In this document: one piece after another, positions 39,403 to 52,930 of the stretch
Position numbering within the stretch: position 1 is the stretch's first letter
How the letters are laid out: each line of letters starts with the position of its first letter
Assembly: GCA_951406725.2 (NCBI GenBank)
Contig: OX597814.1
Location: 63,240,001-63,304,000, forward strand
DNA: 64,000 nucleotides
Direction of reading: 5' to 3'
Source: Octopus vulgaris
Lineage: Eukaryota
Made by a program: the position numbers and the translations under genes
The notes under the pieces: generated by a model
Told to the model about the DNA's origin: nothing
Seen by the model: the letters and a program-made list of their open reading frames with translations, nothing else
The model's database searches: none

Positions 39403-39410
<8 letters not shown>
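38970..39410 (+). mobile_element. PLE pLTR-like element forming a 354-bp spacerless palindrome (38970-39323) plus unique tail
   Basis: Arms symmetric about GAA|TTC at 39146/39147 with one mismatch seen; (TA)n on both sides. Confidence 0.85.
39186..39228 (+). ncRNA. Type-I hammerhead ribozyme motif (mirror copy on the minus strand at 39065-39107)
   Basis: ccac-CTGAAGA-t tgtc ggagca gaca t-GAAA-CA tt TG-TA-gtgg; stem I ccac/gtgg; GUA site. Confidence 0.7.
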
Positions 39411-39471
<61 letters not shown>

Positions 39472-39839
39472 TAATTGAGTGATACTACACACTGATTGGT
39501 CAGAATACAGTTTGCAAAACCTAGCACTCTGGAGCCTACCCAGCTGTATTTATAGCACAGAATCACTCATCTTGCTACAGTCAAAAATTGTGAAGCATGA
39601 CTGTCAACACTACTACATGAACCCGAAGATTGCAGAATTCAATGCATGAAAGTACTAGTTCAATCAGAATGAATATTTAACATTCTACTATTTCATTTTA
39701 TTTTATTCAATTATAATATATTATCTTATAATATATCATTATAAGATTGTAAATAAAACGTGAAAATCAGACAAGGTTGGAATTCTTTTTATTAATATAT
39801 TCTTCTATACACAATCACACACACCCATATATATATATA

Positions 39840-39938
<99 letters not shown>

Positions 39939-41837
39939 TATTAGGGGAGAAAGCAAAAACCAAGGTAGAACAACTATGTCAGTTAGAACAATTCAATTAG
40001 GGTAGGATAACCCAAGTGGTAATTTAGCATGTTCACGCACTGGGTATTCTGTCATCAGAGATAAGGTGTGAAAGTTTTAGGCAGGGACATTTCACAGTTC
40101 ACAAGGAATAAGGTAGAAGAATAAAAGAATAACCAGAAGAATAAACTACGTAAATGTTGTTAGAATAATACAGACGGGAGAATAATGTTCACAACTTATC
40201 ATTTTCCTGAGGGTGTGGATGCTGGTCAGTACTTCCAAGAAGGTACAAATTCTTAGTTAAAATCCCAAGTAAACCCAGACGGTATTTTGCCTGTAGTTTG
40301 AATAACGTATTCATATTGAGTGATAAATAGTATGTATATGTGTATATAGAACAAGAAAGTAAGATAGACATAGATGGGTTTGTGAGTGGGTGTATGTGGG
40401 AGAGAGAGGAGAAAAAGTGAAAGAGAAAAAGGAGAAAGAGAGGGAGGAGAAAGGAATAAAATAAGTTAGTGGTAAAAATTTAAAAATAACAATAAAAATA
40501 AAAATAAAAATAACAGTCAAGGTAAGGATAGAAATACGTCAGTATTGCGTTGGGGTGACAGGAGAAACATTAAAGTTTCAGCAAAGTGTGGGTGGAGGTC
40601 TACTCTAGGTAAGGTCACAAAAGACAATAATTTAGTGGTTAGGACAATAATTTACTGGTTAGACGCAGCCTCAGCTGTGAACTTAGAACCTAAGGGACTA
40701 CCAACTATAGCACTTAGTCAGCGTACCTATTCGTTTAGATCACCAATGATCTAAACCCTCCCGTGTAGTATTTAGTAATTTTTAGTCATTAATAATTTTT
40801 TTTCTCGTGTTTACAATGAGAAAGAAATAGCGATGACTCGCCACCTATACGCAGGGTGTGGTTGGATTTGACATTTCTAAAGTAGGCTTTTGAGAAGAAC
40901 GGTGGAGCATTGAGATTATGGGGCAGCTACACACCATGAGAATGCTAGCCATGTGGTGTGAATAAAGTTCGTGAATTTTCTTTCTCTCCAATATGTGTGT
41001 GTAAGAAATGTATGATTTACAGTGTAAAGGGAATATTAATCCACTTTTTATTATGAATAATAGTAAAGTGTATTAGCGGTTTCAACATATTGTTCTCTTT
41101 AAATTTTGTTGCCTGCTTGTTCTATATTCTTGGATATTTTTGGTGGACAATCTTCAAATAACCGACGAATACAAATTAGTTTATAACGACCATTTATTGC
41201 ATCTCAGAAAGGTGTCTTAAATTCATTCTCGTATACTGGAACAGCTTATTACAAACAAGTGAGCAATTAGATGTATCATGTCTGAGCTGTTACAAGAACT
41301 GTTAAGTACAATAAAATGCGTATGACATGCAAATAGGCTAAACAGAGAAGCAGTACATAACAAACATTTATATCTAATATAATTCTTCAGTTAATAGTTG
41401 AGATATATGAAATATAATATGAGAGAAACATAGAGTTCAGGAAATATTCAGATGCAAATTATACCCTGTATACACAAGAAACTCTCTCGCTTTAGTCATT
41501 CCGTCTCTGAATGAAATTGTAACGTTAAATGAATATTATTGCTCCTTTATTAGAATTACTTTGGAAAGTTTGTACAGTATCGTGTTCTAAAAGAAATAGC
41601 ATTGGATAATATTGTGAGGATGTTTTATTACTAAATAGGATTTATATCTAGATAAATAATCATGACATTATTACTTAGATGTATAGGTCATCAATAATGC
41701 ATTTTATATTTCTTATCGTATGTATCAATATATATATGTCGAGAAAGAGCTTGTTTTAATTCGCAAATAAGGTCATCAATTGAATTTCCAGTATATGAAC
41801 TAGTTAGCTATATATACATGTATTTATGTATGTATTT

Positions 41838-44800
41838 CATTAGTCAGTTGATTTCAAGATTTCTTGCCAATAGAGAAAATAAAACAGTTTCTAACCTACA
41901 CCCAAGGCTCCTTCATTGGAATTTCAACGTCAACAACAGGGTATGTATGTATGTATGCATGTATGTATGTATGTATGTATGTATGTATGTATGTATGTAT
42001 GTATGTATGTATGTATGTATGTATGTGCAAATTTGTATGCTTTATGTACGAGGGGCGTTCAATAAGTAATGCCCCTGACCCACTTCCCATAGCAGTAGAG
42101 CAACGACACTTGGCACAGTTATTAGTCTTTTCCTACATAGGAACTACCCAGAGTTATGCATTTCTCCCATCGTTTGATACAGCTCTGGAGACCGTTTTTG
42201 TAGAAGACCCCAGCTTGTTCCTCCAACCACAACGTGACTTCAGAAATCAAGGCTGCATCATCTGGGAAACGCTTTCCTTTCAAAATCAACTTCATGGCTG
42301 GGAAGAGGTGAAAATCAGAGGGTGCAAGGGGAGGAGTTCATAGCCATACGCCTGTGCTTCTGATCTGGCGACACGCGAGTTGTGGACCGGAGCGTTGTCC
42401 TGCATGAGGAGGATGCCTTTGCTGATCTTGCCCCGCCTCTTGATTTTGATAGCTTCTCTTAATTTCCTCAAAAGTGAAGCATAATAGGCTCCTGTAATTG
42501 TGGTACTCTTTGCCAGGAAATCTGTCATCACTACTCCGTCCTGGTCCCAGAAGACTGTGAGCATAACCTTGTCAGCGGAGGGCTGCACCCTTGCCTTCTT
42601 TGGAGGAGGTGAGTCACGGTGCTTTCACTGCATTGACTGGGCTTTGGTCTATGGATCATAGTGATGGACCCAGGTTTTATCCTGTGTGATCAGTCTTTTG
42701 AAAAATTTTGACTCATCTTCTTGGCATATCTCCAAATTCATCCTCGAGCACTCAACGCGTTCTTGCTTCTGGAAAGGTGTGAGCAACCTGGAAATCCATC
42801 TGGCAGACACCTTTTGCATATGCAAATAGTCATGAATGATAGTTTCCACAGACCCGGTACTAATCTTGACCTTTATGGGCTATTTGGCGAATAGTTATGC
42901 GTTGACCTTCCAAAATGGCAGCCTCAACTTGACGGACAGACGTCTCATCAACGCCAGAAAGGGGCGACCAGATCTGCGAGCTGTTTGCACAGAGTTCCGA
43001 CTATGTTTGAATTCACAATGCCAGCGTTTTACAAGGTCATATGATGGGGCATCATCACCATAAGTTACTTTCATTTCAGCAAAAGTCTCCCGTGGTGTGC
43101 GTCCTTTCAAATACAAAAACCAGATCACTGCTCGACACTCAGCAGGCTCCATTTCACACTTGACTCAGTTCAAACACCTGTAAAGCAGAAACCACAATTA
43201 GTTCAGAGCTGTATTTCGCCACTTAATCTATAGAGGTATGAATAAGTGCACATGCAAAATTTCAGCTAGATCAAACAACTGCAAGTGGGTCAGGGGCATT
43301 ACTTATTGAACGCCCCTCGTATGTACGCTCATGCATATAGTTGCATATCTAGACATGCTCCAGAGATGTTTACAGTTCCAGTAATGGATTGGATCTGTAG
43401 TCTTCGAATTACCTTTCTCCTTTCTGGTTTTGAGAAGCCTATTTTCTCAACATTGGCATTTAGGCAGTGTGTTACACATCCCAGGGCCCCATTAATTACA
43501 GGTATAAACCTGAAATTGTAATCTGGATAGAATAACAGCAGATTTCTCAATAGTTCAGCATGGGTGTTCTCTTTTTCACAGATCTTCAGCTTAATGTTAA
43601 AATCCGCTGGGCAGCTAATTTCCACAACTGTGCACAGTTTTTCTTCTCTTCTTCTCTATCCCGAATCCTTATATCAGGTCTGTTGTGCTTACATTTTATT
43701 GAGGTCTTTACTGGGACATTCCAGCAGTATTCCTTATTATGAGTGACTATGGCTTCTACCATATTGTGAGGGTTTTATTCCTTTGTCCTTGGGGCTATCC
43801 TTCCGACGGATTTCATTATAGAGTGTCCAAGCTACAAAGTCATATCTCATCGGTAGGTAATATCGTGATGAAATTTTCGGACATCTGCTTATGCTGTGGG
43901 TGATATCTTCAGTGTGAACTCCACAAAGTCTGCATCGGTTGTTACATTTTACGGCCTTACATGCAACTCTATCTCATTTGAGCATCAGGTACTTGGTTGA
44001 TATTTCATGTTGCTGGATTGCAAACGCATACCCTTAAAAGTGGGAGGTAGTAATCCGGCTATTCATCCTTGATAAATTGCTTTCATGATCGATGTTACTA
44101 TCATCACGGAGTTTTCTAAGTAATATATCCATGCATAGTCTTCTGCTCATATAGGCTCATCCTTTCATCTTATAATACGTTGCGGTAGAGTTGTGCTACT
44201 TCTTTGGGCATGTATTCAAGGTTATCAGACAAAGAGTGTTGCTTAATGAGCTGCCTTCAAAATCTTATGATGTTATCAGCCTCATGTATGCTGACTTGGT
44301 CAAAGGATGTACTTCGACACTTGGTGGTTAAAAGACGTTGCCGAAGGGATATGATGAGACATTCAACGGCATTTTGGATTGATGTTAAGTGTGTTCTGTT
44401 TCCACTGTTTATGTGGAAATTATGTGTGCCTGTTAGTAGTTTTCGGGTTTTCAGATCAATGACTCGGATCTCATCAAGCGTCCAATCAAGCAGCCTAAAT
44501 ATTGGTAGAGTACTGGCACTGCAAATGCATTGTGGGTTTTATTGAATGCAGATAGCTTTGAGGTCCAAATTTTCTTTATTCGGCTCTAATATTCTTTAGT
44601 GACACGTGTTTTGCTACAGGTGATATTGTAAGATATAAATTCATCCACCCCTAGATACCTGTAACATTCCTCGTCAGATACAGGGGAAGCAGTCAAATCA
44701 GTAAGGGACATGTTACTAGTCTGAGTTATAGTTTTCCGCCTATTTCACAACGATATAACAACATTATCCTGACCAAACTCCAATCCTACAACCTTTGAGA

Positions 44801-47030
44801 ATGTTGTAACGAGGTCAAGGATCTATTTCATCTCATGCATATTCTTTGCATAAAGAGACAGTGTGTAATTTTGGTATTTCTGTTTCTTTGTGAACCAATG
44901 AGATATCATTCAGACTTCCTTAACATGAATGTCAAGGGGTTTACAGAAAGCACAAACAGCATCACAGAGAGGATGTCTCCTGGGAATATGCCTTTGCGAT
45001 ACTGTATTCTATCGGTGATAATACATTCACTCTTTGTGTTTAATTTCAAGGTGGTGACCCGCGATGAAGTCAGGTCAGCTATGGCTTTGACTATTCTCAC
45101 CCTAGCCACATTGAAACTAGATTCTTTCTATGCTCTCGTACCTCTGAGATCACAGTTTTGTTGGTTAACAACTGATTGGCACATCCCCAGACTCCTTTCT
45201 TCCCAGCTGTTTGTTCTGCTGTGATAGTGTTATTTGTTTCACAATGGCCCTGGAGGAAGAGGTTAAACATGCTGTATATATTTTATACATTAAGATCTGG
45301 CATGCAATTGACCGGTAGTTGTTTGCCATATGGGTGGTTCTGCATTTGGGGATAAATTTTGTCTCTACTAGAGCTAACCAGTGTGGTATGCTACTGTTCC
45401 CAATAAAATGTTGCTGGTACAGAGTGATAAGAGATGGTCAATACAATGTTAGCTTCTTGTACCACCTTCCAACAATCGAGTCTCTTCCAGGTGCTTTTCC
45501 ATTCTAGAGTTTCTGGATCACAGTTGCAGGAGTTTCACCATCAGTGTTGTATGTCTTGGATGTAATGCCAGAGCAATAACGTTATCAGATTTCTTCCAGC
45601 CACAGAGTATCTTGGCTAAATTCCTACTCTTTACTCCAGATTTTCTTCCAGGAGGTGTCTATGTCTTCTCGTGAAGGAGCTTCCGTGATGTTTACTGTTC
45701 CTCCTCCCATGTCTCTGTATACTGCTGCCTGGTTGCGGTTAAATTTTTCGTTTATTGTTCTTCTCTCGGTTATTCTCTTCTGATGTCGGAGCTTTTCACT
45801 GATAACTTTTAGCTCCTGCTTGAGGGTAATCAGTTTGTAAGAGAGTGTTCTCTTTTGTGCGGCCTCCAAACATCATTTCTATCTCCTTTTTTACTTTCTG
45901 TTGGTGGGACGTATAATGATTTGCTTGTTTGCATGCAATAAGCATCATTAAATGACTGATGGTCTTCCGTAAACCAGTTATCTTTTTCTCTGTCTTCAAA
46001 ACCCATGATGGCACTTTCTTTGTTATTTCAGTTTTGTTTCCTTTTTGAATATCCTTCATGTACTGTTCTACAATGGTAGCCAGAGCAAAAAGACAGGCGT
46101 TAATGTGCCAGTATGTGGGTCCATCACACTATTGTAAATTATCATCACCAATTTCTTTAACAGCTTTTAATACAGTATCTGGTGTTTTTTTTATTTACTT
46201 TGATAGAGAATACTCTCTCCTCGAGAGAGTCCTTCAAACGTAGCTATTTTTTTCGGAAAATTTCAGTAAGGGCTCATTTCATTGGCATGTAATCCTGACT
46301 ACCACCACTATTACTAAAATAATCGTTGCAGTTTTGCCTGCTATTTATCATAGTCGTAGTAGGAGGACAGTTGTCAGTTACTTGAGCCAGTAATGTAGTT
46401 TGGCTGACAGGCACTATAGAATCTGTTGGAATGTTGCTAGCTGCGAAACCACGTAGTGGACTTATATCATTCACGTTTTTTTTTCGTTTATAGAGTTTAG
46501 GAACAAGGTTAATTTTCAGTTTCTTAATAAAGTTACAGTTACTAACCTTCTTTCTATGTTGCTTGTTGGCGTAGCTGCTTCGCAGTAAAATGATTTACTT
46601 CTGGATGCTGATCGTCCCAGTATAATTTCAATCGATTCATATAGCCAACAGTGCGGTTTTGTTTCGCTTTTTCTTAGCAGTTAAATACATCAGTACCAAT
46701 TCATAGCTCCAAGAGAAATGAATTTTGTAGTTACGGTTTCTTTTATAACTACAGCTAGAAAGAATTCTTCTACCTGTTGAGCTGCTGTTTTCGTTCTGTT
46801 CCTCGATTATGTTGTTGTTGATGCTGTATCCACCCATGTTGTTTGTAGTAACTCTCTGCATGCTTAGCTTAAATTCAAATTTCAGTCGAAAATCACTAAG
46901 ATCGCGAATAAAAGGCCTCCTCAGTTAATTCATCTGAAGATTAGCCAGTTATTTAACAAGGCTGCTAGTTGCGGATCCAATGCTGGAGTTTCTCGCGCCA
47001 AATACGCGACTTGCCGCTTCGAATGTTTCG
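41838..47030 (-). mobile_element. Near full-length R4/Dong-clade RLE non-LTR retrotransposon, decayed, interrupted by a mariner
   Basis: N-terminal GYMNRLKLYWDDQHPE, RT (KAPGRD, NYRSIAC, GIFPGDILSVMLF), CCHC (CRLCGVHTEDITHSISRC), RLE (HNRPDI..EISCPAD..IPVINGALG); (GTAT)n at both ends. Confidence 0.85.
42049..43319 (-). mobile_element. Mariner transposon, same family as 10590-11887
   Basis: TIRs CGAGGGGCGTTCAATAAGTAATGCCCCTGACCCACTT, TA duplication; fragmented transposase ORFs 42292-43152. Confidence 0.95.
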
Positions 47031-48527
47031 TGTATGTATGTATGTATGTACGTAAATATGTTGTGAACATATTTTTAATGTAGGTAATATCTTGAAAGTT
47101 AATTCAATGGAATTTGCATCGGTTGTTTCAGTTAATTGATTTCCCTATATTCCTATTTCATTTGAGGACTAGATATTTTGATGCTATTACTGTGACGATT
47201 GAAAAGTCGTCCCTTCAGTCAGAACTAATGTATTGGTCATATATCTCAGTTTACTTTTCCTTGAGTGTATGTATATACTCGATTACCAGGTAGGGAATAT
47301 TTTCCGAAAAGGACGCTTTCAACTTAGATGACATTATTTCCCATATATGTATGCTAGATGCCGTGTGATTAGTAGAAGTACTCGAAAGATATTACATTCA
47401 AAAGGTCGTTTGAACTGATTCTAAAATTTTGTTTCCTTGTTTTCCTTTCAGGTAAAGATTGATTTTATTGCTGTTGAGTTGGAAACTTTTAGTGTGCTCT
47501 AATATTTTTCATGGATTAACATCAAAAGCCTGGAACTCATCTAACATATATTTTGTGTTAATACAGATAGAGAAAGCATTGTGGAATACCTATATATAGG
47601 AACAGAGATCTGAAGAACATATTTTTCTTCTGAGTCCTCTATTACCTGCTTACATTTTCTTTATGATTTCTGCCAGAAGATATATTTTATCTGTCCTTAT
47701 ATGTTAATAACAATCCTCATCAGATATCGGAAGAATGCTCATACTAAGCCATTGATAAAAGTGTCTGATGAATGGCTTGTAGTTTTCCTCTATTTCCATA
47801 AGAATGCACAAATATTTAGCCTGTACAATCCCTATATTCTTTGAGCTATCCCCAATAGACCAAAGCTCCTTTTCGCGCACCAGTCATAATTCTAGTGTAC
47901 ACATTTAGGCCGTTCACAAACTATCCGTGACGTAGTTGTATGTTTCCAGTTCTTCGCGTGATTCCTGATCTTAAAAATACACTTATAATACAAGTCTCTG
48001 ATAGCCAAGGGGCTAAAAAGGCTCGGCAGGTACTTAAGAGTTATGACATGGATGCAGCTTGGCTACCTAAGAGCCGAAGTGAGGGCCGAAGCATTTGTTT
48101 GAAGAGAGTTCTTCTCTCAAGACCTACTGTTCAAACTCTCTTGGGAGTTTCTTACCACTACTAGTGACATCATAGCAACTTCTTGTATTTAAGTTGGTGA
48201 TGGTGTCCGAAGCTAAGTTACCTTCGTCACTGATTATGTTATCCGAAACTTTAACGGTTTCTACTGTCAATGTATTCTTGTAATCAAACTACATTGTAAC
48301 TATATTCTATGCTGCCTCATGTATAAAATCAAATTTTTGTTGATTAGCTTATTGCCGAGTACATCCTGAAAATACTTTCTTCCCTGCTCACCAAGGTGTA
48401 ATCTTGTTTCTAACACAATCATAGTAGACGAATAGGTTAAGTTTGGTATTTATTTTATATATTAAATTCTGGCATTTTTTAAATAACTTGTACTAGATTT
48501 TTTGTTACCAACAACAAAAATAGGATA

Positions 48528-48606
<79 letters not shown>

Positions 48607-49334
48607 TTATTGAGATCTTGCTTGACACAGATGAGTATGATGCTATCGATTGGCAGTCATATTTTTTTTATTAGTACCAACAAACCGAATCTTTTCCGAT
48701 ATTATTTCGCTATCTTAAATCTATCACTTTATTGATACAGTATGTGTTTTGTGTAATACAAGAACAATAAATCTTCGAATATTCTTCTAGACACGCTTCA
48801 TCCGAGATAAACTCCACTTTCTCCTTGCAGGATTTTCATAAGGAGTCTATGTGCTTTGAAATATCCTGGTTTCCATTGAATTTCTTTTACATACTGTGAC
48901 TGCTTATATATCTCTGGCGATTCATTCATTTTCATGTATTCTATTAGTTTCAACTGTGTCTAATCTGTTTTTCAGTTGTCTCGTAGAGGGTGTGGATAAT
49001 TGTCTGTATGTGAGAAGCCGTACGATATAACCAACATTTTGTCTGTAGGTGGACAATGATATTTTTTACTCTAATCCAAATCCATAATGGTATTTATTAT
49101 TATTTGATTGCATTTAGTATTGCAAATAGGTACTGCACTACTGTTGACGCCTGGGCAGACAAAATGAATGGCTGTTGCAACCAATTCATCTTCTGATATG
49201 CTCCCACTGCAATTTAAGTATGGTGTAGTCTAGTTTTGCTGTCTGTGTATATCTAACTTTCGTTTTCACTCTGATTCTCTCTTTCATTGCCTCTATACAT
49301 GATTATATATATGTATAGCTAAATACATATTTCT

Positions 49335-49365
49335 AGTCCTCTCCATTCTTCTTTTCTGCTTCTTC

Positions 49366-49413
<48 letters not shown>

Positions 49414-49500
49414 TTCTTCTTCTTCTTCTTCTTCTTCTTCTTCTTCTTCTTCTTCTTCTTCTTCTTCTTCTTCTTCTTCTTCTTTCTTTCTTTCTCTCCT
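49335..49500. repeat. (CAT)n(CTT)n microsatellite
   Basis: Directly visible. Confidence 0.95.
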
Positions 49501-49951
49501 TTCAATACATACGTATAAGCCTATGTGTGCCTGTCTATTTAAAAGCAATAGTCACGAAGCGAAACACTAAGACTTTTAGCATACATGAAAACATAACTAC
49601 GTATGTATATACTCACGTGTACACATACATGCATTCATTTATACACACACTCATGTGCATAGAGTCATCGGTAAGCAACCTCTGGGAAGAGAATGATGCC
49701 AATAACGAAAGGTTACTAACTGTAGACTCTTCTGAAACTATGTATAATTTGTGAAGCATAGATTAATAACCTCATAAAGATTCCGTGTAATACCTACCAG
49801 AAAGTAAGTGTTGCTTCTATGCAATAAGCAAAGGAACAAACTAGAACTGTTCGTTCTCGTTTAATGTTTGCCATTTAATTTGGTGCTATGAGTAATAGGC
49901 TAATATGACATAGTAAAATTATTGTAGTTTGGGAGACGCAATAATAGCAAT

Positions 49952-50166
49952 TACCTACCTACCTACCTACCTACCTACCTACCTACCTACCTACCTACAT
50001 ACCTACCTACCTACCTACCTACCTACCTACCTACCTACCTACCTACCTACCTACCTACCCACCTACCTACCTACCCACCTACCTACCTACCTACAAACCT
50101 ACCTACATACATACATACCTACCTACTTACCTACCTACTTACCTACCTACCTACCTACCTACCTAT
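49952..50166. repeat. (CTAC)n microsatellite
   Basis: Directly visible. Confidence 0.95.
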
Positions 50167-52189
50167 CAACCTGCTTACCTCCCTCCCCCTCCTTCCCTCC
50201 CCACTTACCTGCATATATCCCTACATATACATACAAATATATGTTCAATATATGCTTTTATTAGTTTTATGCGCTGAGAGAATGCAAGACACTATTTTTT
50301 AACACGTCTTGTGTCCTAGCACAGTCATCAAACACTACCCACATGGCATAACGAACTAAGCACATAAATATATATATTGTTTTTATTAAATGATATCTAT
50401 CTCGAACCAGATGGGGTACTTTTTTGGTTGATCTTACCATCCCGGAACAGTACACTACACACACTCTCTCTCTCGCGCGCGCACGCGCACACACGCACAC
50501 TCATGCATATCCAAATATATACAAGCATTTATATCTACATAGGTACATATATATGTACAAACATATATATATTGTTATATAAACATATATATGTATTTAC
50601 ATATATATATATATATATATGAATATATCAAATAACTGATATATTCGCACAAACACGCATAAAGTAGTATATATCAATCGATATTTAGCTGAAGCGTACT
50701 CACGCAAACAGAGGCCTGGATAAAAATTCTGGAACACTAATTGATACTATTGAGTACTTCCTTCCACTTACGTGCGTTTCACACTAGTAGCGTTAAGAAG
50801 ATCATTTCGCAATCTTGCCTTATTAGTTTCGATTCCGCTCCGAAGTGTCTGGAACAAGTGTCATTTTGAATGCCCTCAGTTGAAACTGAGTTGATGGAAA
50901 ATGTATGCAAGCCAGCTTGATAGATTTTATCTGAAATTGATAGGTGCTGACCTATCACATTGTGTTATACTAATTTTGTTTGAGAATGGGTTTCAGGAGA
51001 AGTATGTCATATTAATTTCACGAGCTTGTGCAGGCAATTTATTGAACAACAGAAGAATCATGGCCATTTACTATATATACGTCTCTTTTCTGTTCGGCTG
51101 CCGCTTTTCAATTCACTTTTACTCCAGTTGATTTCATATCTGGTGAATTGTTGTAGAGTAATTATTGATATGGAATTCATTTTTGCTATAAATCGTTAAA
51201 TAACGAACTAATAGCTTTTAAAATTTCCAAAATTTGGGTAGTTTGAGCCAATCGAAAGCCACCGATATATACATGCCTGTTTCCATAGTAAGAAGCCAAA
51301 CTGTTACCAAGCTGCTTATCACTCTGTTGTTGTTCGGTTCAGCCACATTGGCAATTTTTGCTTTAAAACACATAAGACATGACGTGGTCGTGAGCTGTGC
51401 TCAAACGAACAGCTAAATAGGCTTTAAATCAAACATAATCGTATGAATTCCCATGTGTAGAATACGAATTTGCAAAAAATTTCTAAAAATTCCAAAAATA
51501 AAAAAGTTATTACGACGTGCGTAAAGAAGAATCCCGCAAATATTTCGTCTGTTTATAACTGATATTAAAATACGTACTATCACCCAATGATAATGTCACT
51601 TGCCGTCACGTACAAAATGACATCTTCCAGATGCTGTTTTCTGACTGGGTAAAAATGATCAAACATTAAACCTCTATATATTTTCTAAAAAATTTTGCTC
51701 GTTTTAGGTCCTGAAATTTAGCGTGAAAAATTACATAAGTACCCAAAATTTGAAAATGTTCACTTCACTTTAAAATTTGCAAAGGTCCAGCCAAACAGAA
51801 AAAATCCCAGTAATCTTTTTACTTATACACAACTCTCATTCTCTCTCTCTCTCTCTCTTTCTCGCTCCCTCACACACACACACACACATAAATTCACACT
51901 TGTGCTTATGTGCGTGTATTGTGTCTACCAAATACATCTACATATGGCTCGGCTATTAGTATCCCAAATAATTTTGCAAATATAGCTAAAAAAACATGCA
52001 CTTACCCGAGTTATATAATATATATGTATATAATATATAATTTCAGAGTTATCTATGACTTAATTAGCTTCTTTAAGAGAGTAGAGTGCTTTTTGGGTGA
52101 GATACGACTGCCACCTCTAGTAGGTTTAACAACCACACAGAAATTCCTTCACTGTATTGATGGCGAAGGCAATGGGGACAATCTGTCTT

Positions 52190-52930
52190 AGTGTTACTGG
52201 TAGTGAGAACAATGATAATTATTCTTGCGTTGGCGGCTATGTTGTTATTGGTGGGCTTAGAATTATATCTGCGTTAACGGTGGTGAGTGTGGTTGTTTTG
52301 GCAATAGTCTTTGAGGTGACGTTTGTAGTATTGAATGTGTGGCAATGATGTTTGCTGTAGTGGTGGTGGTTGTGATGGTGGCTGTGCTGATGATTGCTGC
52401 GGTACAGCAGTTATGCCGTTTCCGGTAGTGATATTGAAGGTGATGCTCGTAGTGTTGTTGATGGTGATAGCAATCGTGGTGGTGGTAGTGATGATGATGG
52501 TGCTGAGAAGATGCTGGTGTTTGCGTTTGTGGTGCTCTTACTTGCAGGGATCGTATTGGTGATAATGCCATTGTGGTTGTGGCTGTGGTGTTTTGTGGGG
52601 ATGATACTGATGATAATGAATTTGTTGGTGGTGATGCTGCTGCTAGTTCAGGTGGTTGTAGTTGTGTTAAGTGCTTAAGTTGTTGTTATTGGTGGTGGCG
52701 GTGGTGGTAGAGGTTCAGTTTGTAGTGATCAATGCGTGATGGGGATACTGTGTGTAGTAGTAGTAATAGTAGTTATTGTAGAGGTGATGGTGGTGGTGGT
52801 ACTGATAATAGTTCAGCAGTATTCATGTTGGTGGTGTTGATGATGACGATGGTGATAACGATGCACTTGACGGCGACGTTAATGATACCGACGATCATTA
52901 CGATGATGATTGATGATGTTGACGATCTTG
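52190..52930. repeat. Degenerate (GGT/GAT/GTT)n low-complexity tract
   Basis: 3-periodic GT-rich decay. Confidence 0.8.

Noticed and set aside
46900-47030. HDV-like ribozyme at the 5' end of the R4/Dong-like element
   Set aside because: Only small hairpins (TCGCG/CGCGA) are visible; the nested double pseudoknot could not be built by eye
47700-49210. Possible LINE 5' region and integrase-like remnants
   Set aside because: No motif could be read with confidence
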